Shown here in pieces: positions 1 through 10,778 of a stretch of DNA of 64,000 bases (positions within the stretch are counted from its first letter, which is position 1; every line of letters begins with the position of its first letter). The DNA comes from Acholeplasmataceae bacterium (GTDB taxonomy: Bacteria > Bacillota_I > Bacilli_A > Acholeplasmatales > Acholeplasmataceae). Both the position numbers and the translations under genes were made by a program. The stretch is from NCBI GenBank assembly GCA_963667565.1, contig OY763415.1, positions 352,001 to 416,000 on the forward strand, given 5' to 3'. The notes beneath the pieces were generated by a model. That model did not search any database, had not been told where the DNA came from, and saw only the letters and a program-made list of their open reading frames with translations.

Positions 1-1
1 T

Positions 2-127
2 GAAGGTAAGGGTGGCACTTGGGTTTTAATTGATTGCCATGATGTGATTATTCATTTATTTACTGAAGAACAAAGACAATATTATGGATTTGATCAAAGA
101 TTGATGGACATAAAACAAGTAAAATGA
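2..127 (+). CDS. rsfS: Ribosome silencing factor RsfS (3' part, truncated by window edge)
   Basis: Frame 2 reads EGKGGTWVLIDCHDVIIHLFTEEQRQYYGFDQRL, the W-x-L-x-D...V-H-x-F...R-x-x-Y motif. Stop overlaps the next ATG (ATGA). Not in the ORF track. Confidence 0.88.
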   Translation, partial: EGKGGTWVLIDCHDVIIHLFTEEQRQYYGFDQRLMDIKQVK

Positions 128-765
128 GTTTCGCACATATTTATGATGCATTAATGGCAGATATTGATTTTGAAGAAATCTATGATTTCATCAAACCATA
201 TATTAAAGATAAAAAGACACTCATAGATGCTGGATGTGGATCAGGATATTTAACAACGCTTTTTGCCAAAGATTTTGATGTGGTCGGATTGGATATTGAT
301 TCTGATATGCTCGCACTGGCCAAGCGAAAACTTGATCAAAACCATCTTAATGCAAAATTATTTGAACATGATTTAAATGATGAGATAGTATTAGATGCGG
401 ATGTGATTGTTGCACTATTTGATGTTATCAATTATTTTGTTGAACCTAAAAAAGTGCTATCTCATTTTTATCAAGCTTTAAATAAAAATGGATATTTGAT
501 TTTAGATGTTTATAAAGAAGAAATGCTAGATGTTTACGATGGCTATTTTGAAGAAGATCATGAACCTTTTTTATATGAGTGGAAAATCAATAGAGAAGGG
601 CAAAAAATCACACATCATATTAAAGTAGACCAAAAAGAGGATCAAATCACGCAATATATTTATCCTATTCAAGTGTATAAAAAAATGTTAGAAGATATTG
701 GATTTGATATTTTAATCACAGATGGTGTAGATGAAAGAAAACATTATATCATTGCAAAAAAATAA
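124..765 (+). CDS. Class I SAM-dependent methyltransferase (YqeM-like)
   Basis: DAGCGSG motif I; lies between rsfS and comEA as in Bacillus. Confidence 0.88.
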   Translation: MSFAHIYDALMADIDFEEIYDFIKPYIKDKKTLIDAGCGSGYLTTLFAKDFDVVGLDIDSDMLALAKRKLDQNHLNAKLFEHDLNDEIVLDADVIVALFDVINYFVEPKKVLSHFYQALNKNGYLILDVYKEEMLDVYDGYFEEDHEPFLYEWKINREGQKITHHIKVDQKEDQITQYIYPIQVYKKMLEDIGFDILITDGVDERKHYIIAKK

Positions 766-812
766 GTAAAAAATATATAGATGCCTCTATGATGAAATGG
801 AGGTATTTTTTT

Positions 813-1319
813 ATGCAAAAAAAATTATTTATCATTTGGTTTATCACAATCATGCTTGTAATTGTACTATTTCCCAAAACAGAAAAAGATGATGTCTATC
901 TAGGTGTAGAAAATGAATATCCATATATTGAGGTGACGATTGTTGGGGAAGTATATTTTCCTGGAACATACACTTTTTTCAAAGATATTACATATAAAGA
1001 TGTCATTGACCAAGCAGGTGGACTCACCATTAACGCAAATACAGAAGTGATTAATTATCAAAAGGCAGTAACAACGAATACAACGATTACGATTGAGTCA
1101 AAAGAAAAATCCGAAAATGATATTGCTATCATGGTTAATATTAACGAAGCTAGTTTTGCTGATTTACTCACTATACCTTACATGTCTGAAACAAAAGCAG
1201 CAAATATAATTATCTATAGAGAAAAAAATGGTGCATTTAAATCCATTGAAGATCTTGTCTTAGTCAAATATATAGGAACTGCGACACTTGAAAAAATTAG
1301 ACCTTACATCACTATTTGA
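813..1319 (+). CDS. comEA: ComEA DNA-binding competence protein
   Basis: N-terminal TM, SLBB-like GEVYFPG...AGG, C-terminal HhH (VNINEAS...GAFKSIEDL..VKYIG). RBS GGAGG at 799-803 favours ATG 813. Confidence 0.88.
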   Translation: MQKKLFIIWFITIMLVIVLFPKTEKDDVYLGVENEYPYIEVTIVGEVYFPGTYTFFKDITYKDVIDQAGGLTINANTEVINYQKAVTTNTTITIESKEKSENDIAIMVNINEASFADLLTIPYMSETKAANIIIYREKNGAFKSIEDLVLVKYIGTATLEKIRPYITI

Positions 1320-3357
1320 TCATTTATATATTGAAGTATTTGCTACATTTTTTTTCATATTAGGATTTCATATATGGTATTTTTTTATGATATGTATGAT
1401 CTATATAGTGCTGATATTTAGACATATTCATACATTGAGATTGATGATACTTTTTTTCATGATATGTATAGGGTTTTATATTGTGCATGTAAAATCAGAA
1501 GTGACTCTAGTTGATGGGGAAGCGAAAGTCGTTGAAATGATGACATATGATGATTATCAAAAACTTACCATCAGATACCATTTCATTAAATATCATGTGT
1601 ATAGCCAAGGTGCAATTTATAAGATTGGTGATGTGATTTATATAAAAGGAGAAGTCATAAATTACAGGCATCAAAGCGTACCTTATGGATTTGATTTTTA
1701 TGAATACTATATATCCAATCAAATCTTTGGGAAAATAGAGACGAATGAAATCCATCTCATCAAGCATCATTTCGGATTTTATAGTTTAAGGGAAAAAATA
1801 AAAAACCATGTTTCTGACACGATGGTTTTATCTTTAATCTTCAATGAAAAAAGTAGTGATGATGAAATTCAAAATCAGTTTAAATCACTAGATTTATTAT
1901 TTTTAGTACAAGTTTCAGGTATTCATTTGTTTATTTTTGTAAAGATGATAAAGAAAATATTGTTTTATCTTGATGTTTCTAAACAAAATACATCTCTGTT
2001 AATCACTATGTTTTATCTTATTGTTTTATATTTATCTAAATTTGATTTAAGTGTCATCCGTCTTTCGTTAGCATTTGTGATTTTACAATTTGATAAAACA
2101 CATGAGTTAAACATGCTATCTATTGATAGGTTAAGTTTAGTATTTATCATTATGATATGTATTGATCCGCATCTTTATTATAGTTATTCTTTTTTGTTGA
2201 TGATTCTTATTTTATACAGTATTGAATTAATAGGTCCATTATTTAATCAAGAAAGATCACTTATAAGAAGATATTTGATCAGTTTATTGATTATGGTTGT
2301 TTTATTGCCATTTAATAATCATTTATCTTTATTATATTTGCTTATCGCACCTCTAGTCATGGTTATGATGAGTACGATTGTCTATCCATTGACATGGTTA
2401 GTATTCATTCAGCCATCGATTGCTGTGATTTATGATCCAATCATGCATATGCTAAATGATTTGCTCAATAGATTAGTATCAAATAATATAACGATTTCAT
2501 ATCATCACCTTGAGTGGTATGAAATCATATGTTTGTATGCATCTTTGGTTTTTTTGATTTACTCAAAAACATTTATTTCATTTGTTAAAAGGAGTTTTAT
2601 TTATCTTTTGATCTTGATGATACCTACTTTAATGTATGTGGGAATAAGCCAAGATGCACTTTATATGATTGATGTGGGTCAAGGAGATGGGTTTTTAATT
2701 AAATTAGATCATCAATATATCATTGTTGATTGTTTTAAAAATACTAAAAATTTAGTTGAAAATTTAGGGATTCATCACATTGATTATTTGATTTTAACGC
2801 ATAGTGATGAAGATCACACATTGGAAGCTCAAGATTTGATAGATCATTTTGATGTTTCACACATCATCTTAAATGCTTATGATCGAAATTATGAATCATA
2901 TCAAGGTCACATCTCAAGGATTAAAGCAGGGGACTTTATAGAATTAGAGAATCAAACCATTCATTTTTATAATCCAATCAGAGATTATCAAGATGCTAAT
3001 AATAACTCACTTGTCTTTAAAATTCATATAGGAAACTATGATTTTTTAATGACTGGAGATATTGAAAAGGTTGCTGAAGAGGCTATGGTAGAAAAGTATC
3101 ACTACATGTTAAAAAGTGATGTATTAAAAATTGCACATCATGGCTCAGATACATCTTCAAGTCTTCTATTTCTAAAAACAGTTGATCCACAAATCGCATT
3201 GATATCAGTTGGGAAAAACAATCAATTTGGATTTCCATCTAATCAAACGATTCAAAGACTTATGGATTTAAATATCTTAATCTATCGAAGCGATGATGAT
3301 GGAACAGTCATCTATAAGTATCAATTCAATCATCAAAAATGGGTAACTTACCTATGA
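1288..3357 (+). CDS. comEC: ComEC/Rec2 DNA uptake channel
   Basis: Multi-TM region with VSGIH, then MBL domain motifs DVGQGD, THSDEDH, TGD, HHGS. Confidence 0.9.
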   Translation: MKKLDLTSLFDHLYIEVFATFFFILGFHIWYFFMICMIYIVLIFRHIHTLRLMILFFMICIGFYIVHVKSEVTLVDGEAKVVEMMTYDDYQKLTIRYHFIKYHVYSQGAIYKIGDVIYIKGEVINYRHQSVPYGFDFYEYYISNQIFGKIETNEIHLIKHHFGFYSLREKIKNHVSDTMVLSLIFNEKSSDDEIQNQFKSLDLLFLVQVSGIHLFIFVKMIKKILFYLDVSKQNTSLLITMFYLIVLYLSKFDLSVIRLSLAFVILQFDKTHELNMLSIDRLSLVFIIMICIDPHLYYSYSFLLMILILYSIELIGPLFNQERSLIRRYLISLLIMVVLLPFNNHLSLLYLLIAPLVMVMMSTIVYPLTWLVFIQPSIAVIYDPIMHMLNDLLNRLVSNNITISYHHLEWYEIICLYASLVFLIYSKTFISFVKRSFIYLLILMIPTLMYVGISQDALYMIDVGQGDGFLIKLDHQYIIVDCFKNTKNLVENLGIHHIDYLILTHSDEDHTLEAQDLIDHFDVSHIILNAYDRNYESYQGHISRIKAGDFIELENQTIHFYNPIRDYQDANNNSLVFKIHIGNYDFLMTGDIEKVAEEAMVEKYHYMLKSDVLKIAHHGSDTSSSLLFLKTVDPQIALISVGKNNQFGFPSNQTIQRLMDLNILIYRSDDDGTVIYKYQFNHQKWVTYL

Positions 3358-3406
3358 ATTATGATGTTTTTTTAGTATAATAAGAAAGAACACTTTGGAG
3401 GCTCAT

Positions 3407-4354
3407 ATGAAAGAATTCATCTACGTATTTAAAGGCAAAAATTCATATTTAGTAAAACAAGCCATAGAGAACCATATCAAAAGTTTAGATGTGGATCCTT
3501 TTAACATTTTAAGATATGACTTATCAGAAAATAATGGTGATGATGTTTTAGAAGAACTTCAAACAATCGCGTTTTTTGCAGATCTAAAAATTGTCGTATT
3601 ATCTCATATAGAAAATTTTGATAGTTTGTCTGAAAGTGAACAAAAAACATGGACTAAATATTTTCAAAAACCAAACCCAGATGTGATGCTTATTATTGAA
3701 TTAGACAGCAATCTAACATTATCTAAAACATTAAATGAGTTAATGACATCATATACATATTTAGAAGAAATCAAGGAATTAGATAAAGAGGATTACCCAA
3801 AATTTATCATATCGCTTCTTGAGAGTGAATCATATTTTATGAGTTTAAAAGCGATTGAATTATTATTGGATCGTACGAATTATGAATTCAATTTGATTGA
3901 ACAAGAATTAAATAAACTTAAAATCTTTAAAATTGATGATAAAAATATTAATGAACATGATGTGTTATCTTTAGTTCCAAGAAATTTAGAAGATAATATC
4001 TTTGAATTAACGAATGCAATGATCGATAAAAATCAAGCAAGAACGATGGAAATTTATGAAGATTTGATTGCTCAAAATGAAGATCCATTACGTATCCTTA
4101 ATTTCATTGCTAGCAAGATGAGAGAGTTGTTTCATGCAAGATTACTCATTCAAAAAGGTTATGGAAAAGATGAAATTGCAAATCATTTTGGATATAGTTT
4201 GGGAAGAACTTATTACTTAATGAAAAATGCATCGACACAATCTGTTGATCAATTTGAAAAACATTTAAAAAAATTATCACAACTAGACTATGAAATAAAA
4301 TCTGGACAAAAAGATAAAAAGCTTGGTTTAGAATTATATTTGTTAGGAGCGTAA
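3407..4354 (+). CDS. holA: DNA polymerase III delta subunit
   Basis: Size, NIFELTNAM, C-terminal LDYEIKSG; comEC-holA-rpsT synteny; GGAGG before ATG 3407. Confidence 0.88.
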   Translation: MKEFIYVFKGKNSYLVKQAIENHIKSLDVDPFNILRYDLSENNGDDVLEELQTIAFFADLKIVVLSHIENFDSLSESEQKTWTKYFQKPNPDVMLIIELDSNLTLSKTLNELMTSYTYLEEIKELDKEDYPKFIISLLESESYFMSLKAIELLLDRTNYEFNLIEQELNKLKIFKIDDKNINEHDVLSLVPRNLEDNIFELTNAMIDKNQARTMEIYEDLIAQNEDPLRILNFIASKMRELFHARLLIQKGYGKDEIANHFGYSLGRTYYLMKNASTQSVDQFEKHLKKLSQLDYEIKSGQKDKKLGLELYLLGA

Positions 4355-4356
4355 TT

Positions 4357-5016
4357 ATGTTTACACACAAAAGAGTATTGTTATTTGATTTTGAGACAAC
4401 TGGATTAAATCCATTGTTTGAACAAATCATTGAAATTGGTGCAATTGTCTTAGAGAAGCGTGATGGTAAATATGAGATTGTTGATGAATTGTCGACACTT
4501 GTAGAAGCATCTAAGGCATTACCACCTAAAATTATCGAAATTACTCATATTACTGATGAAATGCTACTTAGAGATGGAATTGCTGAAGCACTTGCATTCC
4601 AAAGATTGTTTGAAATGTATCAAGATGAAAACACGTTGTTAATCGCATATAATATTATGTTCGACTTAGGGTTTTTAACAGCGTTATTTAGAAAGTATTA
4701 TAAACCTCAATTTGAAATAAAAAATGACATCCTGGATGTCATGGCTATTTATAAAGATCGTCACAAGTTTCCTCATCGATTAGATAATGCTGTTTCTCAA
4801 TATCAAATTGATATTAAAAACACACATCGTGCATTAGATGATATTAAAGCAACGTATGAAGTGTTATTAAAAATGGATAAAGAAAAATCAAATGTATCAG
4901 ATTATGTCAACAAAATTGGATATAATCCAAAATATGGTGTCAGTGGAAGAAGACTTCCACATGTAAAATATATTGCACAATATGGTGGACGCTTAGAAAT
5001 TGAACACGATAGATAA
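4357..5016 (+). CDS. DEDDh 3'-5' exonuclease (DnaQ/epsilon-like)
   Basis: DFETTG, AYN..FD, HRALDD motifs. Confidence 0.88.
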   Translation: MFTHKRVLLFDFETTGLNPLFEQIIEIGAIVLEKRDGKYEIVDELSTLVEASKALPPKIIEITHITDEMLLRDGIAEALAFQRLFEMYQDENTLLIAYNIMFDLGFLTALFRKYYKPQFEIKNDILDVMAIYKDRHKFPHRLDNAVSQYQIDIKNTHRALDDIKATYEVLLKMDKEKSNVSDYVNKIGYNPKYGVSGRRLPHVKYIAQYGGRLEIEHDR

Positions 5017-5021
5017 AAAAA

Positions 5022-5044
5022 AGAAGCATCCTCTAGATGCTTCT
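5022..5044. terminator. Bidirectional intrinsic terminator
   Basis: AGAAGCATC-ctcta-GATGCTTCT with A/T tails between convergent genes. Confidence 0.75.
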
Positions 5045-5047
5045 CTT

Positions 5048-5308
5048 TTATAGGCTGTTAACCAATTTAGATAGTTGAGATTTATGTCTTGCTACAAAGT
5101 TTCTATGATAAATACCTTTTGCAAGTCCTTTATCAAGTTTCTTATGTGCAAAAGATAATTTTTCTACCGCTAGTTCCTTATCATTTGCTTGAACTGCTGC
5201 TTCAACAGCTTTAACTGCAGTTTTCACTGATGATTTAAATGATGCGTTGGTTAAACGACGTTTTTCATTGGTTTTATTGCGTTTGATTTGTTGTTTAATA
5301 TTAGCCAC
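5048..5308 (-). CDS. rpsT: 30S ribosomal protein S20
   Basis: ANIKQQIKR...KSSVKTAVK...HRNFVARHKS. Confidence 0.97.
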   Translation of the reverse strand: MANIKQQIKRNKTNEKRRLTNASFKSSVKTAVKAVEAAVQANDKELAVEKLSFAHKKLDKGLAKGIYHRNFVARHKSQLSKLVNSL

Positions 5309-5423
5309 AATTTCACCTCCTACATTTGCATACTTATTGTATCAAAACGAGATTAAAAATGCAACAATAATTGTTGATTTATGGTAAAATAGATATGAAA
5401 AAACATAGTATAAGAAGGATTTT

Positions 5424-5993
5424 ATGACCACAGCAAATAAAATTACGATAATTAGATTTATCATGATTCCAATCATGCTCGTAATCATCTACATAAACCC
5501 ACTTAAAGACGATATTGGATTCCTCAATTTATCGATAGGTGCTTTTATTTTTGCAGTATTGTTTGTGATTGCTGCATTAACTGATTTTTTAGATGGTTAT
5601 ATTGCAAGAAAATACAATCAAATTACAACTTTTGGAAAGTTTTTGGATCCAATTGCTGATAAAGTGCTTGTATTAGTAGCAATGTTATATTTAATGACAA
5701 TTGATCCATCAAGAGTTCCTTTATGGGCAGTCATGATTGTCATTGTTAGAGAATTTGTTGTAACAAGCATAAGACTCATTGCAGTTGATCAAGGTTTAGT
5801 GATTGCGGCAAGTCCTTATGGAAAGATTAAAACGGCATCAACCATGGTTGCACTCGTTATTTTATTATTTAATGATTTTGGTATGACACCATGGATTGGT
5901 AATATCATTTTCTATTTTGCTATTTTAATGACATTAATCAGTGGTATTGATTATTTTATGAAAAATAGAAAAAGCATTTTAGCAAGTATATAA
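5424..5993 (+). CDS. pgsA: CDP-diacylglycerol--glycerol-3-phosphate 3-phosphatidyltransferase
   Basis: TDFLDGYIARK...GKFLDPIADK CDP-alcohol motif; upstream of recA. Confidence 0.95.
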   Translation: MTTANKITIIRFIMIPIMLVIIYINPLKDDIGFLNLSIGAFIFAVLFVIAALTDFLDGYIARKYNQITTFGKFLDPIADKVLVLVAMLYLMTIDPSRVPLWAVMIVIVREFVVTSIRLIAVDQGLVIAASPYGKIKTASTMVALVILLFNDFGMTPWIGNIIFYFAILMTLISGIDYFMKNRKSILASI

Positions 5994-6040
5994 AAAGTAA
6001 AAGAACATAAAATTGATTATTATAATGATGGAGGTATTTC

Positions 6041-7042
6041 ATGGATAAAGATAAAAGATCGCAAGCACTTGAAGCTGCAATGAAACAAATTGAAAAACAA
6101 TATGGTAAGGGAGCAGTCATGCGACTTGGAGATGAAGCTGACCATCATGTTGCTGCAAATCCAACAGGCTCACTTGCACTTGATATTGCACTTGGTATCG
6201 GTGGATACCCTAAAGGAAGAATTATTGAAATTTATGGACCAGAAAGTTCAGGGAAAACAACACTTGCACTTCATGCAATTGCAGAAGTTCAAAAACGTGG
6301 TGGATATGTTGCATTTATTGATGCTGAACACGCTTTAGATCCAAAATATGCAAAAGCATTAGGTGTAGATATTGATGCATTAATCTTATCTCAACCAGAC
6401 ACTGGTGAACAAGCATTAGAAATTGCTGAAGCTTTGATTCGTTCAGGCTCTATTGATACTATCGTTGTCGATAGTGTTGCAGCACTTGTTCCTGAAGCAG
6501 AAATTAATGGTGATATGGGAGATTCTCATGTGGGTCTTCAAGCAAGATTGATGTCACAAGCCATGAGAAAATTATCTGGTGTTATATCAAAATCTGGATC
6601 AACTGCAATTTTCATTAATCAAATTCGTGAAAAAGTAGGAGTTATGTTTGGTAATCCTGAAACTACTCCTGGTGGACGTGCACTTAAATTCTATTCAAGT
6701 GTAAGATTAGAAATTAGAAGATCAGAAGCACTTAAAGAAGGAAATGACATTATTGGTAATAAAGCAAACATTAAAGTTGTTAAAAATAAAGTTGCACCTC
6801 CTTTTAAAACAGTTAGTGTTGATATCATTTATGGACAAGGTATTTCTAAAACTGGTGCATTAATTGATTTAGCATCTGACTTAGAGTTAGTTAAAAAGAG
6901 TGGTGCATGGTATGCATACAAAGATGAAAAAATTGGTCAAGGTAGAGAAAATGCTAAAACTTATTTAGCAGAACATCCAGATGTTTATCAAGAATTATTT
7001 GATAAAGTCTTAGAACATTATCACATTTCATACGACGCATAA
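6041..7042 (+). CDS. recA: Recombinase RecA
   Basis: [25 protein letters not shown]. Confidence 0.99.
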   Translation: MDKDKRSQALEAAMKQIEKQYGKGAVMRLGDEADHHVAANPTGSLALDIALGIGGYPKGRIIEIYGPESSGKTTLALHAIAEVQKRGGYVAFIDAEHALDPKYAKALGVDIDALILSQPDTGEQALEIAEALIRSGSIDTIVVDSVAALVPEAEINGDMGDSHVGLQARLMSQAMRKLSGVISKSGSTAIFINQIREKVGVMFGNPETTPGGRALKFYSSVRLEIRRSEALKEGNDIIGNKANIKVVKNKVAPPFKTVSVDIIYGQGISKTGALIDLASDLELVKKSGAWYAYKDEKIGQGRENAKTYLAEHPDVYQELFDKVLEHYHISYDA

Positions 7043-7044
7043 TA

Positions 7045-7068
7045 AAAAGCGCTAAAATTAGCGCTTTT
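7045..7068. terminator. Bidirectional intrinsic terminator
   Basis: AAAAGCGCTA-aaat-TAGCGCTTTT between convergent recA and cupin genes. Confidence 0.8.
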
Positions 7069-7071
7069 GTT

Positions 7072-7419
7072 TTATATTTTATGACCTTCTTCAATTACAA
7101 TACAAATAAAGCTAAAGGTTTCTTCACCAGCGTTTCTAAATTGATGGATGGTATTTCCAGGAACATATGCATAAGAACCTTTGGTCACCTTATGTATGGT
7201 ATCACCAATCAGTAATTCGCCTTGTCCTTCTAAAACATAATTAACATGATACCAAGGGTGACTATGCTTAGGTGTATATCCACCTTTTTCAACATGTAGT
7301 ACACGTAATACATGTCCTTCCCACCCTTCTTTAGGTGAAACTAATACTTGAATTGATGCATCTTTGACAAGATCACCATTTAACTTAATTTGATTTAAGT
7401 CTTTGACATGTCCAACCAT
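7072..7419 (-). CDS. Cupin domain protein
   Basis: HSHPWYH...G.G...VPGNTIHQFRN cupin motifs; AGGAG precedes ATG 7419. Confidence 0.85.
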   Translation of the reverse strand: MVGHVKDLNQIKLNGDLVKDASIQVLVSPKEGWEGHVLRVLHVEKGGYTPKHSHPWYHVNYVLEGQGELLIGDTIHKVTKGSYAYVPGNTIHQFRNAGEETFSFICIVIEEGHKI

Positions 7420-7506
7420 GATAAAACTCCTTTGATTTGTATTGATATTCATATCTTATCATAAGTTTATATGCTTTATGTAGGAATTGACTGAGAAACT
7501 TAAAAA

Positions 7507-7529
7507 AAAAGGACAAGCAATGTCCTTTT
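7507..7529 (-). terminator. Intrinsic terminator
   Basis: AAAAGGACA-agcaa-TGTCCTTTT with long A run giving a U tail on the minus strand. Confidence 0.7.
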
Positions 7530-8133
7530 ATATGACTGTATTAGGGTTATAATCTTTCAAGTTAATTTTTACATATTTAACTGTTTCTAATGATTGACCC
7601 GCTGAACTATAGTTTATACTTACTTTTAAATATAATATAGGATCAGTGACATTGATAAATAATAATGTTCTATGAGGCAATTCATAATTATATGTAAGTA
7701 ACATATTGAAATTTGTACCTTCAGTTAACGTAAGTGCATTTCCTAAATGTGAGTAATCTAACCAGTTTGTTTGAAGTACAGGTGTTAAAACCACACTTGT
7801 AACATCATAAGTAGAAGCACTATCATAATTAAATCTAAATTGGTAATATCCATTTGTTGTAATTGTACCTTCTTCATCCATCTCTAGATTTCTAAGTGTT
7901 AACCATTCGAAATTCAAGTTGATTAAATCAAGATTATCGATATTTTCAAAGTTTCTAACATATTCAGTATTGGTGTCATCAAAACTGACTTTACTGTGAG
8001 CTAAATAAGTACCAACATAAGCTAAAAGAATTAAGGTTGTTGGTATAACAATGGCAACAGTATATAATAATATCTTTATTCTATTGCTATGAAACCATTT
8101 GAGTTTACTGTGTTTTTTTATAGACGTAGGCAT
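7528..8133 (-). CDS. Hypothetical membrane-anchored protein
   Basis: Basic N-terminus, one TM, beta-rich extracellular region; AGGAG RBS. Confidence 0.7.
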   Translation of the reverse strand: MPTSIKKHSKLKWFHSNRIKILLYTVAIVIPTTLILLAYVGTYLAHSKVSFDDTNTEYVRNFENIDNLDLINLNFEWLTLRNLEMDEEGTITTNGYYQFRFNYDSASTYDVTSVVLTPVLQTNWLDYSHLGNALTLTEGTNFNMLLTYNYELPHRTLLFINVTDPILYLKVSINYSSAGQSLETVKYVKINLKDYNPNTVI

Positions 8134-8238
8134 ATATAATCTCCTTGTTCATTTACTATCATTTATTATTATACAATAAAAATACGAAATTGAAAGTTTT
8201 ACTTTAGTTTTGTGTTCAAATTATCATAGACTTCTTCA

Positions 8239-8268
8239 TTGACTTAAGTGCTAAAAATCATGTATAAT
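8239..8268 (+). promoter_or_regulatory. Sigma-A-type promoter for the rny operon
   Basis: TTGACT (8239-44), 18 bp, TATAAT (8263-68). Confidence 0.6.
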
Positions 8269-8341
8269 AATTGTATAAAGTTATATTATTATTAGTTTAA
8301 AATTAGACTTTAAAATAAACAAATTAAATGGAGGTGGGAGA

Positions 8342-9928
8342 ATGCCCAATATATTAGCATTCAGTGTAGACCCAGTAGAAGCAATCATCTCCATTTTGCT
8401 AGCCATTGTGATTGGACTTGTCGCAGGATTTGTGATTCGTGTTATTCAACATGAAAAGAGTTTGAAAAAATCAAGAGCATTGGCTGAAAAAATTGTTGAA
8501 GACGGTAAAAAAGAAGCTGAAAAAATAAAACGTGAAAATGTTTTAGAAGCTAAACAAGAAATTTTTACGCTTAAAAAAGATTTTGAAAATGATATGAGAG
8601 AAAGACGTCAAGTTGTTCTTAATTTAGAGAACAAAGTGACTCAAAGAGAAGAAAATCTTAATAATCGCTCTATCAATTTAGATCGCCGTGAACAATCTTT
8701 ATCATCACGTGAAGACAAACTTGACGAACGTAAGGAACAACTTGAACAATTAAATAGCAAAGTGGAAGAAGTTTTAAAAGCACAAGAAGATAAACTAATT
8801 GAAATTTCTGGAATGGATAAACTTGCTGCACAAGAAATCATTATGTCTAAGGTAAAAGACCAAATGGCAGATGAAATCGCAATCTATATTCGCGATGAAG
8901 AAGACAAAGCGAAAAATCAAGTTCAATCTAAATCTAAGGAATTACTTGCACTCGCAATTCAAAAGTATGCAAGTGAGACAACCACAGAAAGAACTGTATC
9001 TGTAGTTGATCTACCAAACGACGAAATGAAAGGTCGTATTATTGGTAGAGAAGGACGTAATATCCGCACAATAGAAGCACTTACAGGTGTTGATTTAATC
9101 ATTGATGATACACCAGAAGCAGTCGTATTAAGTGGATTTGATCCTGTAAGAAGAGAAATCGCTAAACGCGCATTAACAACACTTGTATCTGATGGACGTA
9201 TCCATCCAGGTAGAATTGAAGAAGTGGTTGAAAAAGCAAGAGTTGAAGTCGATATGTACATCAGAGAATCAGGAGAAGATGCAATATTCCAAGTTGGAAT
9301 TGGACGTATTCATCCAGATTTAGTTAAGTTATTAGGAAGATTAAGTTTTAGAACAAGTTATGGCCAAAATGTTTTAAAACATTCCATTGAAACTGCATTT
9401 TTAGCAGGTAAATTAGCTGTAGAAATTGGCGAAGATGAAATTTTAGCTAGACGTGCTGGTTTACTCCATGATATTGGTAAAGCTGTTGACCATGAAGTTG
9501 AAGGTGGACATGTTGAGATCGGTGTTAACTTAGTGAATCGCTATCATGAACCAAAAGAAGTGATAGATGCTATTGCATCACATCACGGTGATAAAGAACC
9601 TGAATCAATTATTGCAGTTTTAGTTGCTGCAGCAGATGCTTTATCAGCAGCAAGACCTGGTGCACGTAGTGAATCAATGGAAAACTATATTAAGCGCTTG
9701 GAACAATTAGAAACTATTTCTAATGAAATCCCTGGTGTTGACAAATCATTTGCTATTCAAGCAGGTCGTGAAATTAGGGTTTTAGTTAAACCTGATGAAA
9801 TCGATGATTTATCTGCATTTAAAGTTGCGAGAGAAATTAAAGAGCAAATCGAACAAAAAATGTCATATCCTGGAACGATTAAAGTTACTGTTATTCGTGA
9901 AACAAGAGCGACTGATATTGCGAAATAA
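8342..9928 (+). CDS. rny: Ribonuclease Y
   Basis: TM, coiled coil, KH ([13 protein letters not shown]), HD (LLHDIGK). Confidence 0.98.
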   Translation: MPNILAFSVDPVEAIISILLAIVIGLVAGFVIRVIQHEKSLKKSRALAEKIVEDGKKEAEKIKRENVLEAKQEIFTLKKDFENDMRERRQVVLNLENKVTQREENLNNRSINLDRREQSLSSREDKLDERKEQLEQLNSKVEEVLKAQEDKLIEISGMDKLAAQEIIMSKVKDQMADEIAIYIRDEEDKAKNQVQSKSKELLALAIQKYASETTTERTVSVVDLPNDEMKGRIIGREGRNIRTIEALTGVDLIIDDTPEAVVLSGFDPVRREIAKRALTTLVSDGRIHPGRIEEVVEKARVEVDMYIRESGEDAIFQVGIGRIHPDLVKLLGRLSFRTSYGQNVLKHSIETAFLAGKLAVEIGEDEILARRAGLLHDIGKAVDHEVEGGHVEIGVNLVNRYHEPKEVIDAIASHHGDKEPESIIAVLVAAADALSAARPGARSESMENYIKRLEQLETISNEIPGVDKSFAIQAGREIRVLVKPDEIDDLSAFKVAREIKEQIEQKMSYPGTIKVTVIRETRATDIAK

Positions 9929-9930
9929 TT

Positions 9931-9956
9931 AAAAGGGGCCAATGGTCCCTTTTTTA
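9931..9956 (+). terminator. Intrinsic terminator-like hairpin
   Basis: AAAAGGGGCC-aat-GGTCCCTTTTTT. Confidence 0.6.
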
Positions 9957-9984
9957 ATGGAAATAAGAAAGAAGGCATTCAACG

Positions 9985-10746
9985 ATGAGAATCCTATTTA
10001 TTGGAGATGTATATGGACAAAGAGGTCTAGATGCACTCAACTTATTTTTACCAGAAATTAAGAACGAATATAAACCAAACATTATTATTGTCAATGGTGA
10101 AAATGCTGCTCATGGTAGAGGCATTAATAAAAAAATATATAAAGAACTTATGTCTATGGGTATCCACATGATTACGATGGGTAATTGGGTATGGGGACAT
10201 AAAGAACTTTATGAATTTATTGATGATGCAAATATTGTTAGACCGTTTAATTTTTATGAAGCACCTGGTGAAGGATATAAGATTATTTCATACAATCAAC
10301 AAAAAATCTTGGTGATTAACGCACTTGGAAGAACATTTATGAATGGTAATGTTGAAAATCCTTTTTTAGGAATTAAAAAAATACTTGAAGATGTTGAGTG
10401 TGATTATTCAATTGTAGATTTTCATGCAGAAGCAACTTCAGAGAAAGTCGCATTAGGACATTATTTAGATGGATTAGCATCAGCTGTGGTTGGTACGCAT
10501 ACACATGTTCCAACTGCGGATAGTAGAATGTTACCTAAAGGAACTTTATATGTCACTGATGTTGGTATGACTGGACCACTTGATGGTATTATTGGTGTCG
10601 ATAGAGATATCGTCATTAATAGATTCTTAAATGGTCATTCAGTCCCTAATGTGGTGGCTTCAGGACCAATTCAATTAAATGCAGTCTTAATGGATTTGTG
10701 TAACAAAAAAATTAAACATATCCATCTAGAAAGCGAAACAGTATAA
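9985..10746 (+). CDS. ymdB: YmdB-family metallophosphoesterase
   Basis: FIGDVYG, NGENAA, DFHAEATSEK, GTHTH; follows rny. Confidence 0.93.
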   Translation: MRILFIGDVYGQRGLDALNLFLPEIKNEYKPNIIIVNGENAAHGRGINKKIYKELMSMGIHMITMGNWVWGHKELYEFIDDANIVRPFNFYEAPGEGYKIISYNQQKILVINALGRTFMNGNVENPFLGIKKILEDVECDYSIVDFHAEATSEKVALGHYLDGLASAVVGTHTHVPTADSRMLPKGTLYVTDVGMTGPLDGIIGVDRDIVINRFLNGHSVPNVVASGPIQLNAVLMDLCNKKIKHIHLESETV

Positions 10747-10778
10747 ATATACTGTTATATTCATTATAATAAGACTGG

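Noticed and set aside
5995..6030. LexA (Cheo) box upstream of recA
   Set aside because: Only a GAAC half-site (AGAACATAAAATTG) with no matching GTTC.
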